From Nitrospiraceae bacterium (GTDB lineage Bacteria; Nitrospirota; Nitrospiria; Nitrospirales; Nitrospiraceae): a stretch of DNA of 64,000 nucleotides. The notes under the pieces are model-generated. The model was not told the DNA's origin and made no database searches. It saw only the letters and a program-made list of their open reading frames with translations. The stretch covers positions 242,359 to 306,358 of the forward strand of contig JBFWWG010000005.1 in the NCBI GenBank assembly GCA_050246315.1. Direction: 5' to 3'. This document shows, one piece after another, positions 44,432 through 57,315 of this stretch (positions are counted from its first letter, which is position 1; the number at the start of each line of letters is the position of its first letter). The translations under genes and the position numbers were made by a program.

Positions 44432-45331
44432 ATGGCGCACCGGCTTCGATGGACAAAGGGTCTTTTGATCTGGCTCATGATGGCGGCCACGCTGTCGGTC
44501 GGCTCGACCGGTCAGGCGCAGGACGTTGAGGTGGTGAAACCGAAAGCGACGGACGAGTCGATGGACACAACCAAGCATCCGGTCGCGGTGACGATGGCCC
44601 TGCAGGCGGACAGTTTCTTCGGCTTCAATCCATCCGTATACGGCACCTATGGGCTGACCGACAATCTGGCCTTGGCCTTCAACTTCACCTACTGGACCAT
44701 GATCTCCGGCGTCGGGGTCCACGACAACAATCCTTGGCTGGAGACCGACGTGGGGATCAATCTGACCCTCCTCGACAAGCGCCTCTCGATCACGCCGATG
44801 ATCGGCTTCGTGCACGGACAACTGCTCTCCTCTCGCGGCGGCTTCTTTCCGAACGGCGGCGGCAGCGTCAACGAGCGCACGACCGCGTTTGAAGGGGCCG
44901 TGCCGAACATCACCGTGAATTACCTCGATCGGCTATTCGAAGCGGAATTTTACCTGGGCTATTACAAGGCGATCCGTAGCGAGGGGGGAAGCCCCAGTGA
45001 CGGCGGCCCTGTTTGTCCACCGGTCGGGACGGGGGGCGGGAATTGTCTCGGCTCGATCCCAGGCGGTGGCCGCGGCACCTGGGACTTTCTGCACTATTGG
45101 GTGAACGCGGGCTACCGGTTGAACAGCATGTGGTCGATGGGGATCCATTATGAGCAACTCCTGAGCACGCGAGACAACAGTGCTTTCGGCGCGCAACAGG
45201 ATTACTACCGGTGGCTCGGTCCCTACGCAGAGATGAAGCTGGCGGGCGGGATGGCGTTCCGGTTCACGGCGGGCCACGATTTCACCGACAACCAGGATTT
45301 CTACAAGGTGAAGTTCACGAAGACGTTCTAG
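44432..45331 (+). CDS. Putative outer-membrane beta-barrel protein
   Basis: Signal peptide, alternating aromatic beta-strands, C-terminal F (VKFTKTF); strong SD. Confidence 0.7.
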   Translation: MAHRLRWTKGLLIWLMMAATLSVGSTGQAQDVEVVKPKATDESMDTTKHPVAVTMALQADSFFGFNPSVYGTYGLTDNLALAFNFTYWTMISGVGVHDNNPWLETDVGINLTLLDKRLSITPMIGFVHGQLLSSRGGFFPNGGGSVNERTTAFEGAVPNITVNYLDRLFEAEFYLGYYKAIRSEGGSPSDGGPVCPPVGTGGGNCLGSIPGGGRGTWDFLHYWVNAGYRLNSMWSMGIHYEQLLSTRDNSAFGAQQDYYRWLGPYAEMKLAGGMAFRFTAGHDFTDNQDFYKVKFTKTF

Positions 45332-45343
45332 TCGTAAGAGACA

Positions 45344-45373
45344 GCAGGCGGCGCGGGTGTCCGCGCCGCCTGC
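45344..45373. other. Perfect 13-bp GC-rich intergenic hairpin
   Basis: GCAGGCGGCGCGG-GTGT-CCGCGCCGCCTGC with no U-tract on the + strand. Confidence 0.6.
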
Positions 45374-45424
45374 AAGAGACGAGCGGGGAAGCGTGCGACC
45401 TCAGTGACGACAAGGGAGGGACGA

Positions 45425-46768
45425 GTGAGGACATATCCTGGAGGTTCCGGAACCGTGGGGCCGGTTCTCGCGATAGCCGCCGTGCAACTGATGGTGGCCG
45501 TCGTGAGCGGCGACCTCTGTTTCGCGCAAGGAGCGGAGCCGCCGCTGAAAGCCGATACGGGCGACACGGCATGGGTCTTGGCTTCCTCGGCGTTGGTGTT
45601 GGCCATGACCGTGCCGGGCCTGGCCCTGTTTTACGGCGGCCTGGTCCGGAAGAAGAATACACTTGCGACGGTGCTCCACAGTTTCTGTATTTTGAGCGTG
45701 ATCAGCTTGCTGTGGATACTCATGGGCTACAGTTTGGCTTTCGGCCCGGACAAGGGCGGGGTCATCGGCGGGCTTGATTGGATCGGGCTGTCGGGAGTCG
45801 GTATGGAACCGCATCCGGTCTATGGGCCGACGATTCCGCACCAGGCCTTTATGGTCTTCCAACTCATGTTCGCGGCGATCACACCCGCGTTAATCACAGG
45901 AGCCTACGCGGAGCGGATCAAGTTCAGCGCCATGCTGTTCTTCAGCATCCTCTGGTCGCTGATGGTCTATGCGCCGGTTGCCCATTGGTTATGGGGCGGT
46001 GGGTGGCTTGCGAAGATGGGAGCCTTGGACTTTGCCGGCGGGGCGGTGGTGCACATCACCTCGGGCATTAGCGCCCTGGTTTGTGCGCTGGTCCTTGGCC
46101 AACGGCGCGGTTATGGGACGGACTATATGGCGCCTCATAACTTGCCCTTGACGTTGCTTGGGACGGGACTGTTGTGGTTCGGGTGGTTCGGATTCAACGC
46201 GGGCAGTGCGCTCGGGGCCAACGGGGTCGCCGTAGGCGCCTTCGTGGCCACCCACACGGCCGCTGCCAGCGGAGGGCTCGTCTGGATGTCGGTGGAATGG
46301 ATGCACCGGGGCAAGCCGACCGTGCTGGGCATGGCCAGCGGCGTCATTGCGGGACTGGCGACCGTGACGCCGGGAGCCGGGTTTGTCGGACCGCTTTCGG
46401 CCTTAATGATCGGCGCGATCGCCGGATTTCTCTGCTACTTCGCAATTGTGTGGAAGGGGAAGTTCGGCTATGATGACGCCCTCGATGTCGTGGGAATTCA
46501 CGGTGTAGGCGGGATCGTCGGGATTCTGGCCACGGGTCTGTTCGCTTCCAAAGCGGTTAATGCCGGAGGAGCCGACGGGTTGCTTTTCGGCAACCCGGGA
46601 TTCTTCGGTGTCCAGGCGCTGACGGTTCTCGTTGTCTCCGGGTTTTCGCTGGCCATGACCTATGTGCTGCTGAAGGTCCTGGATGTCCTGACAGGACTGC
46701 GGGTGACGCCGGACGAGGAGGCGAGTGGCCTTGATCTGGCGCAGCACAACGAGCGTGCCTATTCGTAA
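45425..46768 (+). CDS. amtB: Ammonium transporter AmtB (copy 1)
   Basis: FQLMFAAIT, DFAGGAVVH, GWFGFNAGS, GIHG; start approximate. Confidence 0.96.
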   Translation: MRTYPGGSGTVGPVLAIAAVQLMVAVVSGDLCFAQGAEPPLKADTGDTAWVLASSALVLAMTVPGLALFYGGLVRKKNTLATVLHSFCILSVISLLWILMGYSLAFGPDKGGVIGGLDWIGLSGVGMEPHPVYGPTIPHQAFMVFQLMFAAITPALITGAYAERIKFSAMLFFSILWSLMVYAPVAHWLWGGGWLAKMGALDFAGGAVVHITSGISALVCALVLGQRRGYGTDYMAPHNLPLTLLGTGLLWFGWFGFNAGSALGANGVAVGAFVATHTAAASGGLVWMSVEWMHRGKPTVLGMASGVIAGLATVTPGAGFVGPLSALMIGAIAGFLCYFAIVWKGKFGYDDALDVVGIHGVGGIVGILATGLFASKAVNAGGADGLLFGNPGFFGVQALTVLVVSGFSLAMTYVLLKVLDVLTGLRVTPDEEASGLDLAQHNERAYS

Positions 46769-46810
46769 GCGATCTGGGTCAAGTTCAACGCATCGCAGCC
46801 TGTTCGATGA

Positions 46811-49866
<3,056 letters not shown>

Positions 49867-50244
49867 CAGAATGTTGAAAACGTGCACGCGAAGCGGCGCG
49901 GCTCTGAAACAATTGTTCCGATCGCCGAGAGCCAATCGAGGCGTGATCGGTCCACACGACGTGAGATAGGTACCCCCCTGCCTCCTTGCTTGCCGCGGCC
50001 GCGCCTGTGGAGAGCCAGGTCCCGAGTGATCGATGGCGAAGTCATCGGAGTGTGGGCGGGTGGGACGGATACGTCGGGGTCGGGCGACGGAGGTGGCGGC
50101 GTTTTCGAACGTCCTGCAACCGGACGGCAACATTTGCGGGAGCCACGGCGGCGTTTTCTGCCAGCAGCGAGTGACCAACGTTTCTTAACCACCGAGCAGT
50201 TCTGGCAACACCGTTTCAGCCAGTGACCTGAAAGGAGGAAGGGG

Positions 50245-51654
50245 ATGACAGCGAAGGAAGTATTGGAATTTGCAAAGAAGAATAAGGTGGCCGTGGTCGA
50301 TCTGAAGTTCATCGACCTGATCGGCACCTGGCAGCATTTCTCCATTCCGGTGGAGGAAATGACCGATGGGCTGTTCAAGGATGGTTCGGGATTCGACGGC
50401 TCGTCGATTCGTGGGTGGAGAGCCATTAACAATAGCGACATGCTGGCGATCCCCGATCCCAAGACGGCCTGCATGGACCCCTTTGCGGCCGTGCCGACCT
50501 TGAGCTTGATCTGTAATGTGTTCGATCCGGTCACCCGCGAGAACTACGATCGCGATCCCCGCTATATCGCGCAAAAGGCCGAGCAGCACCTGAAGAGCAC
50601 AAAGATCGGCGACGTATCCTACTGGGGACCCGAGGCGGAGTTCTTCATATTCGACCAGGCGCGCTACGACCAGACCAGCCACAGCTCGTACTATTTCATT
50701 GATTCGGAGGAGGGGATCTGGAATGCCGGGCACGAAGGCGTCAATCTGGGGTCCAAGATCCGCCATAAGGAGGGCTACTTCCCGGTCGCCCCGACGGATA
50801 CCCAGCAGGACATCCGCAGCGAAATGATTCTGGAGATGCAAAAGGTCGGCATGATGGTCGAAAAGCATCACCACGAAGTCGCGACGGCCGGCCAGGCGGA
50901 AATCGACATCCGGTTCGACACGTTGCTGTCCACGGCCGACAAGATGATGATGTACAAGTACATCGTCAAGAACGTTGCCAAACGCCATAACAAGACCGTC
51001 ACCTTCATGCCGAAACCGATTTTCGGCGACAACGGTTCCGGCATGCATACCCATCAGAGCATTTGGAAAGAAGGAAAGCCGCTGTTCGCCGGAAAGGAAT
51101 ATGCCGGGATCTCCCAGATGTGTCTGTATTATATCGGGGGCATCCTGAAGCACGCCAAATCCTTGGCGGCGCTCACGAACCCGACGACGAACTCGTACAA
51201 GCGGCTGACACCCGGATTCGAAGCCCCGGTGCTGCTGGCCTATTCGAGCCGAAACCGATCGGCTGGGATTCGAATTCCCATGTACTCGCCGAGCCCGAAG
51301 GCCAAGCGGATCGAGGTGCGGTTTCCCGATCCGACGGCCAACCCATACCTGGCCTTCTCGGCCATGCTGATGGCTGGACTAGACGGGATCGAGAATAAGA
51401 TCAATCCCGGAGAGCCGGCGGACAAGGATCTCTACGACCTGGAGCCGGAGGAGGCGGCAAAAATTCCAACCATGCCGGGCAGTTTGGATGAGGCGCTGGC
51501 TTCGCTCGAACGGGACCATGAGTTCTTGTTGAAGGGCGGGGTGTTCAGCGAAGACCTGATTGAATCCTGGATCGCCTACAAGCGGGCGAAGGAAGTCGAT
51601 GCGATGCGGCTCAGGCCCCATCCATACGAGTACTTCCTGTATTACGACGCGTAG
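50245..51654 (+). CDS. glnA: Glutamine synthetase type I
   Basis: [32 protein letters not shown], adenylylation-site DLYDL. Confidence 0.98.
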   Translation: MTAKEVLEFAKKNKVAVVDLKFIDLIGTWQHFSIPVEEMTDGLFKDGSGFDGSSIRGWRAINNSDMLAIPDPKTACMDPFAAVPTLSLICNVFDPVTRENYDRDPRYIAQKAEQHLKSTKIGDVSYWGPEAEFFIFDQARYDQTSHSSYYFIDSEEGIWNAGHEGVNLGSKIRHKEGYFPVAPTDTQQDIRSEMILEMQKVGMMVEKHHHEVATAGQAEIDIRFDTLLSTADKMMMYKYIVKNVAKRHNKTVTFMPKPIFGDNGSGMHTHQSIWKEGKPLFAGKEYAGISQMCLYYIGGILKHAKSLAALTNPTTNSYKRLTPGFEAPVLLAYSSRNRSAGIRIPMYSPSPKAKRIEVRFPDPTANPYLAFSAMLMAGLDGIENKINPGEPADKDLYDLEPEEAAKIPTMPGSLDEALASLERDHEFLLKGGVFSEDLIESWIAYKRAKEVDAMRLRPHPYEYFLYYDA

Positions 51655-51689
51655 GGAACGACCCGTCGAGGACCGTTCTTACGTGGTGG

Positions 51690-51719
51690 TTGACGGTTGG
51701 CTCGAGTGCGTGGTATAAG
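51690..51719 (+). promoter_or_regulatory. Candidate sigma70-type promoter of the cyanate operon
   Basis: TTGACG-N18-TATAAG with an extended -10 TG. Confidence 0.65.
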
Positions 51720-51741
51720 CCGATCTTAAGAGTCGAACTAG

Positions 51742-51939
51742 GACAACGGCGTCGCTGGGACGACTCTCATAAATGGGTTAACGGACAACGGCGTCCGTCA
51801 TTCTGGAAAGAGTGGCGGACGCCGTTCGATTTAGGGGTTACGACGAGACGGGGCGGTCTCGGACGAGTGTCAGACAGCATCTGGTAGGACAATGGCGTCC
51901 TCCGTTCCCGTGAATGGGAATCGAGGACGCTTTTTTTTT
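51742..51939 (+). promoter_or_regulatory. Tandem double ANTAR-type attenuator (leader 3)
   Basis: Four hexaloop hairpins (AACGGC, AACGGC, GGGGCG, AATGGC); competing 18-bp stem at 51787-51826; terminator 51895-51930 plus T9. Confidence 0.85.
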
Positions 51940-52005
51940 ATCGGGACGAACGATGATCGACGGCGAGCCGGTGGACAGCGGATGGCCGGCAAAGAGGAGC
52001 CGAAC

Positions 52006-53331
52006 ATGAGCGATGACAGGGGAGGGTCAGGTCAATCCGAAGCAAGCCGGTCCGGTGTGCCACGACTCTCATCCGAGGAGTATTTCGAGCGAACCGTGAC
52101 GGCATCGGTGGCCGATGCCGTCCTCAAGAGCGCCGGTCCGTCGCGGCGCGGGCTCCTTGCGGCGCTGGGAGCGACGGCGCTGATCGCGTTCATTGAAAAT
52201 GTCTTGCCGCTGCGAGAGATCGTCGCGCTGGCCGCAGATCCGATCGGGAAACCGGAGAAGAAGGATGTGAGCGTGGGCTTTATTCCGATCACCTGCGGGA
52301 CGCCCATCATCATGGCCGAGCCGCTTGGCTTCTACAAGAGGCATGGTCTCAACGCCTCGGTGAAGCGAGCTGCCGGCTGGGCCATGATCCGCGACTGGGC
52401 GATCAACGGGGAGGTGGACGCCGCCCATATGCTGACTCCGATGCCGCTGGCCATCACCTTGGGGGCCGGCTCCGTTCCGACGCCCTTCTATATGCCGGCC
52501 GTGGAGAATATCAACGGGCAGGCGATTACGCTGCATATCAAACATAAGAACGTGAAGACGGCGGCCGACATGAAGGGCTTCCGGTTCTGTGTGCCGTTCG
52601 ATTTCTCGATGCACAATTACCTCCTGCGTTATTTCTTGGCCGAAGGAGGTCTGCATCCGGATAAGGATGTGCAAATTCGAATCGTGCCTCCTGCCGAGAT
52701 GGTGGCGAACCTGAAGGCCGGGAACGTGGACGGCTACCTGGGGCCGGACCCCTTCAATCAACGGGCGGTATACGAAAATGTCGGCTACATCTTCAAACTC
52801 TCCAAGGAGATTTGGGACAGGCACCCCTGTTGCGCCTTTACGGTGTCGCAAGAGTTCGCCGTACGCCATCCCAACACCTTCGGGGCGCTCTTGCGCGCGA
52901 TCATCGATGCGACGCACTATGCCTCGAACCCCGCACATCGTAAAGAAATCGCCGCGGCGCTCGCGCCGACCAACTATTTGAATCAGCCCGTCACCGTCCT
53001 GGAACAGGTCCTGACCGGTACCTACGCGGACGGATTGGGCGCGATCAAGAAGGAGCCGAACCGCATCGACTTCGATCCCTACCCCTGGCATTCGATGGCC
53101 GTTTGGATTCTCACCCAGATGAAGCGATGGGGCCATCTGAAAGCGGACGTCAACTACAAGGCCGTGGCCGAACAAGTCTATCGAGCCGCCGACTGCGATC
53201 GGGTTGCCAAGGAGTTGGGCTATCCCACGCATGCGAGCACGACGACGAAACACATGATCATGGGCCGTGAGTTCGATCCGCAGCAGGCGGACGCGTATGT
53301 GAAGAGCTTCAAAATCCACGGGATGGCGTGA
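52006..53331 (+). CDS. cynA: NrtA/CmpA-family ABC substrate-binding protein, probably cyanate (CynA)
   Basis: Tat-like SRRGLL; GFIPITCGTP, ENINGQAI, FSMHNYLLRY; upstream of cyanase. Confidence 0.85.
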   Translation: MSDDRGGSGQSEASRSGVPRLSSEEYFERTVTASVADAVLKSAGPSRRGLLAALGATALIAFIENVLPLREIVALAADPIGKPEKKDVSVGFIPITCGTPIIMAEPLGFYKRHGLNASVKRAAGWAMIRDWAINGEVDAAHMLTPMPLAITLGAGSVPTPFYMPAVENINGQAITLHIKHKNVKTAADMKGFRFCVPFDFSMHNYLLRYFLAEGGLHPDKDVQIRIVPPAEMVANLKAGNVDGYLGPDPFNQRAVYENVGYIFKLSKEIWDRHPCCAFTVSQEFAVRHPNTFGALLRAIIDATHYASNPAHRKEIAAALAPTNYLNQPVTVLEQVLTGTYADGLGAIKKEPNRIDFDPYPWHSMAVWILTQMKRWGHLKADVNYKAVAEQVYRAADCDRVAKELGYPTHASTTTKHMIMGREFDPQQADAYVKSFKIHGMA

Positions 53332-53376
53332 TCCAAGCGTGAGCAGGACGTGACGGTTGGAGGAGGCGACCAAGAG

Positions 53377-54360
53377 ATGCTGACGGAAACAGCGGTGGCA
53401 AGCGGCGAATCGGTCAGTGTCGATACCCCGGGACGGCCCGCCCCGGCAGCCAACGGCAAGAAGGTCCGTTCCATGGCCGGGCAGACGGGCGGCAATCCGT
53501 GGGTAATTTCAGGGTTCCTCCTCTTTCTGTTCCTTCTGGGGTGGCAGTTCTTCACGCTGCGAGCCCCGTTTGATCCGAAAGGGATGACGGAGGAGCAGCT
53601 TCTATTGATGGAGTTTAATGGGGATATCGTTCGCACGGAGAACAACACGTATCAATGGAACCCTGAAAAGGAAAAAGTCAAAGGGGTGCCGGGGCCCTTG
53701 GCCGTGCTGGAGAAGGCACGGACCGAGCTGAGCGAGGCCTTCGTGAAGAAAGGGACGAACGATCACGGGATCGGCTACCTCGTGCTCTACACCGTCGCGC
53801 GGTTCGGGGCCGGATTCCTTGCCGCGTCCGTCGTGGCGATCATCCTGGGCGTGCTGCTGGGGATGAACAAGGTGCTCTTCAAGGCCGTGAATCCCTATAT
53901 CCAGATACTCAAACCGATCTCGCCGCTGGCCTGGATGCCGCTGCTGCTCTATACCGTGAAAGACCCGAAGATGACGGCGGTATTGGTGGTCTTCATGGCG
54001 GCGTTGTGGCCCACGTTGGCAACGACGGCCTTCGGCGTGAACGGCCTGCGCAAGGACTACTTGCATGTGGCGGCGATCCTTCAGTTGTCCTGGGTCAAAC
54101 GACTGTACAAAGTGATCCTGCCCGGCGCGGCCCCGACGATCGTCAACGGCCTGCGAATCTCCTTTGGCAGCGCGCTGGTCGCGGTGGTTCCTGCGGAGAT
54201 GCTGCTTGGAGAACTGGGTGTCGGGTATTTGAGCTGGATCGAGTGGAACAACCTCGATATTTCCGGCGTCATTTTCGCGATTCTCGTGGTGGGCTGTGTG
54301 GGAGTGATCTTGGATTCGGGGTTCAACAAGTTGGCCGGCCTCGTCACCTATCAGGAGTGA
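53377..54360 (+). CDS. cynB: NrtB-family ABC permease (CynB)
   Basis: QILKPISPLAWMP, AEML, WIEWNNL. Confidence 0.85.
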   Translation: MLTETAVASGESVSVDTPGRPAPAANGKKVRSMAGQTGGNPWVISGFLLFLFLLGWQFFTLRAPFDPKGMTEEQLLLMEFNGDIVRTENNTYQWNPEKEKVKGVPGPLAVLEKARTELSEAFVKKGTNDHGIGYLVLYTVARFGAGFLAASVVAIILGVLLGMNKVLFKAVNPYIQILKPISPLAWMPLLLYTVKDPKMTAVLVVFMAALWPTLATTAFGVNGLRKDYLHVAAILQLSWVKRLYKVILPGAAPTIVNGLRISFGSALVAVVPAEMLLGELGVGYLSWIEWNNLDISGVIFAILVVGCVGVILDSGFNKLAGLVTYQE

Positions 54361-54363
54361 GCC

Positions 54364-55209
54364 ATGGCCTTTCTGCAAATCGACAACGTCAGCAAATATT
54401 TTCCTAACGCGTCGGGCGAGGGACGGGTCTGCGTGTTCAAGGATGTCACGATCAAGATCGACAAAGGCGAGTTCGTGACGGTCATCGGCCATTCCGGATG
54501 CGGCAAGAGCACCCTGCTGAACATCATCGCCGGACTGGACGAAGCCTCCGAGGGAGGGGTGTTGCTGGGGGGGCGAGAAGTCACGGGTCCGGGCTTGGAC
54601 CGCATGGTGGTCTTTCAGAATTTTTCCCTGATGCCCTGGATGACGGTGTTCGAGAACATCGCCTTGGCGGTACGATCGGCCTATCCGGACTGGGACCCAT
54701 CGCAAGTGGCGGCCCATGTGAACAAGTACATCGCGCTGGTCGGATTGAAGGGAGCAGAGACCAAGCGGCCGGCTGCCTTGTCGGGAGGTATGAAGCAGCG
54801 GGTCGGGCTGGCACGCGCCTTTTCCATTGAACCCAAAGTTCTGTTGCTCGATGAGCCGTTTGCTCAGATCGACGCGCTGACCCGCGGCGTGATCCAGGAG
54901 GAGCTGATTCAAATGTGGACCGGCTCGAAGAACACGGTGTTTATGGTCACCCATGACGTGGATGAGGCCATCCTATTGTCCGATCGGATCATGCTGATGA
55001 CCAACGGACCGTCCTCGCGGATTGGCGAGATCGTGGACGTCACGATCCCTCGGCCTCGATCGCGAGAGACGATCATCGACCACCCCCACTACTACAAGAT
55101 CAGGAATCATGTGATTCATTTCCTGGTCCGGCATGCAGCCCATGCCGGCGGGGCCGGACCGATCCCCGGCGGCAAGTCTGTCGAGGAGCCGGTTCTGGTT
55201 CGGTTCTGA
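54364..55209 (+). CDS. cynD: NrtD-family ABC ATPase (CynD)
   Basis: GHSGCGKST, LSGGMKQRV, MVTHDVDEAILLSDRIMLMTNGP. Confidence 0.87.
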   Translation: MAFLQIDNVSKYFPNASGEGRVCVFKDVTIKIDKGEFVTVIGHSGCGKSTLLNIIAGLDEASEGGVLLGGREVTGPGLDRMVVFQNFSLMPWMTVFENIALAVRSAYPDWDPSQVAAHVNKYIALVGLKGAETKRPAALSGGMKQRVGLARAFSIEPKVLLLDEPFAQIDALTRGVIQEELIQMWTGSKNTVFMVTHDVDEAILLSDRIMLMTNGPSSRIGEIVDVTIPRPRSRETIIDHPHYYKIRNHVIHFLVRHAAHAGGAGPIPGGKSVEEPVLVRF

Positions 55210-55266
55210 TTGAGGCGGGCGAACAACGCCGTTCCGGCGATGGGCGGCGGAACTGAGGAGGGGCAC

Positions 55267-55707
55267 ATGGATAGGGAGGCGGTACGCAAGACGGTCAGAG
55301 AGAAGCGGATGAAGAAACAGGTCACGATCGCCGACATCGCGAAAACCGTCGGGAAGAATCCCACCTTTGTGGCGGCGGCGCTGAACGGCAATCACCGATT
55401 GACGACGGACGAGGCCAAAAAGGTTGGCGCGCTGTTGGAATTGGACGGCGCTACGACGGAGGCCCTGAGCAAATTTCCCGTCCGAACCGACTATCCGAAC
55501 GCGGCGGATCCCTTCAAGTACCGATTGATGGAAATCATCGGTGTCTACGGTGATTCGCTGCGCGAACAGGCCAACGAAATATTCGGCGACGGGATCATGA
55601 GCGCGATCGACTTCACGATCGACATGGAAAAGGTCACCGGCAGCCAGGGCGAGGCCCGGTGCAAGATTACGCTCAACGGCAAGTGGCTGGAGTACAAGAC
55701 GTTCTGA
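55267..55707 (+). CDS. cynS: Cyanase (cyanate hydratase)
   Basis: DPFKYRLME, FGDGIMSAIDF, TLNGKWL. Confidence 0.95.
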   Translation: MDREAVRKTVREKRMKKQVTIADIAKTVGKNPTFVAAALNGNHRLTTDEAKKVGALLELDGATTEALSKFPVRTDYPNAADPFKYRLMEIIGVYGDSLREQANEIFGDGIMSAIDFTIDMEKVTGSQGEARCKITLNGKWLEYKTF

Positions 55708-55755
55708 TTCTGCGGAGCCGGAACCGTGCGACCTGTTGATCGAGGATCGAGAGCG

Positions 55756-57153
55756 ATGCGAGAGCCGTCGAACGCACCATCCAGTATTGTGACGAGTCGG
55801 GGGTGTCCCGTGGGCCTTGGAACGAGTATCAGGCGTCAACCAGGTGCCGTGCTGGTTAGTCTGGCGGCGATCTGTTGTGTGGTGCCGCCGGGGTTGGCCA
55901 TGGCCCAAGTGCCGGTTCAAGCCGTGACACCGGTCATCAACGAGGCTGACACTGCGTGGGTCCTGGTGTCGTCCGCCTTCGTGCTGGCCATGACCATGCC
56001 GGGCCTGGCGCTGTTCTACGGTGGACTGGTCCGCAGTAAGAACGTGCTGGGGACGATCATGCAGACCTTCGCGGTCGTGTGCCTGGTGAGCCTGTTGTGG
56101 ATGGTTGTCGGCTACAGCCTGGCATTTGGTCCCGATACTCAAGGCCTCGTCGGCAATCTGGACTGGGTCGGTTTGAACGGCGTGGGACTGGCACCGCACG
56201 CGGCCTATGGCCCCACCATCCCGCATCAGGCCTTCATGATTTTTCAGATGATGTTCGCCGCGATCACGCCGGCCTTGATCACCGGAGCCTTTGCGGAACG
56301 GATGAAGTTCAGCGCCCTTGTCCTCTTTACGGGACTCTGGTCGTTGGCGATCTATTGTCCGATTGCACATTGGCTGTGGGGAGGCGGGTGGTTAGCCAAA
56401 TTGGGAGCGCTGGACTTTGCCGGAGGGGCGGTGGTTCATCTCAGTTCCGGCGTGAGTGCGCTGGTGTGCGCGCTCGTTCTCGGCGCGCGTCAGGGATACG
56501 GAACGGATTACCTCGCGCCGCACAATCTCCCGATGGTGCTGCTCGCGACCGGCCTTCTGTGGTTCGGATGGTTCGGTTTCAACGCGGGGAGCGCTCTGGG
56601 CGCGAACGAGACGGCGGTCATCGCTTTCACGGCGACCCATATCGGAGCCGCTGCCGGTGCGCTGGCCTGGTTGGCAGTGGAATGGGTGCATCGCGGGACA
56701 CCAACGGTGCTGGGGATCGCAAGCGGTGCGGTGGCCGGGTTGGCGATGGTGACACCTGGCGCGGGCTATGTGGGCCCAGTTGCGGCCCTGCTGATCGGGA
56801 CGATGGCCGGAGTGCTGTCGTATTGGGCCGTCATGAGCAAGAGCAAGTTGGGTTACGACGATGCGCTCGACGTGGTCGGCATCCATGGGGTGGCCGGGGT
56901 GGTCGGGATGGTGATGACGGGGTTGTTGGCGTCCAAGGCCGTGAACGTCGCCGGGGCGGACGGGCTCTGGACCGGCAACGTGCGCCTCTTCGGGGTCCAG
57001 ATCCTGGCAGTGGTGGCGGTCAGCCTCTTTTCCGCCGTCGGGACGCTGGTCATCTTGAAATTTGTCGATCGTGTCGTCGGCTTGCGCGTGACGCCGGAGG
57101 AAGAGCGGATGGGGTTGGACTTGAGTCAGCACAACGAGCGCGCATATTCCTGA
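55756..57153 (+). CDS. amtB: Ammonium transporter AmtB (copy 2)
   Basis: FQMMFAAIT, DFAGGAVVH, GWFGFNAGS, GIHG; start uncertain. Confidence 0.95.
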   Translation: MREPSNAPSSIVTSRGCPVGLGTSIRRQPGAVLVSLAAICCVVPPGLAMAQVPVQAVTPVINEADTAWVLVSSAFVLAMTMPGLALFYGGLVRSKNVLGTIMQTFAVVCLVSLLWMVVGYSLAFGPDTQGLVGNLDWVGLNGVGLAPHAAYGPTIPHQAFMIFQMMFAAITPALITGAFAERMKFSALVLFTGLWSLAIYCPIAHWLWGGGWLAKLGALDFAGGAVVHLSSGVSALVCALVLGARQGYGTDYLAPHNLPMVLLATGLLWFGWFGFNAGSALGANETAVIAFTATHIGAAAGALAWLAVEWVHRGTPTVLGIASGAVAGLAMVTPGAGYVGPVAALLIGTMAGVLSYWAVMSKSKLGYDDALDVVGIHGVAGVVGMVMTGLLASKAVNVAGADGLWTGNVRLFGVQILAVVAVSLFSAVGTLVILKFVDRVVGLRVTPEEERMGLDLSQHNERAYS

Positions 57154-57270
57154 TGGGGAAAGCGGAGCCCCACTGTGTTCTCGCTTCGCGAACATCCGCA
57201 ATGCACTCCAGAGGGTACGCCCGCGGTTCGCGGTCGACTGTGGCCTTGTGGGATCCACGTATTGAGCATC
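57151..57270. repeat. Possible decayed copy of a ~120-bp Nitrospira intergenic repeat
   Basis: Blocks GTTCTCGCTTCGC, GGGTACGCC, GGCCTTG, TTGAGCATC resemble a repeat I recall from Nitrospira genomes; single copy here. Confidence 0.4.
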
Positions 57271-57315
57271 GGGTTCGGCCAGGACGAACTGGCTCCGAGG
57301 GTCAGCTAGTCGTGT

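Noticed and set aside
45344..45373. Perfect GC hairpin as a fifth ANTAR site or + strand terminator
   Set aside because: 4-nt loop and no U-tract on the coding strand.
49931..49943. GCC-AATCGA-GGC hairpin as an ANTAR site for glnA
   Set aside because: G is at loop position 5 rather than 4, the stem is 3 bp, and there is no second hairpin or terminator.
49882..50226. 114-aa ORF upstream of glnA
   Set aside because: Arg/Pro/Gly-rich with no motif or clear SD; more likely untranslated.
51892..52005. N-terminal extension of the cynA ORF in the track
   Set aside because: It starts inside the leader-3 hairpin and reads through the terminator; ATG 52006 has a clear GAGGAG SD.
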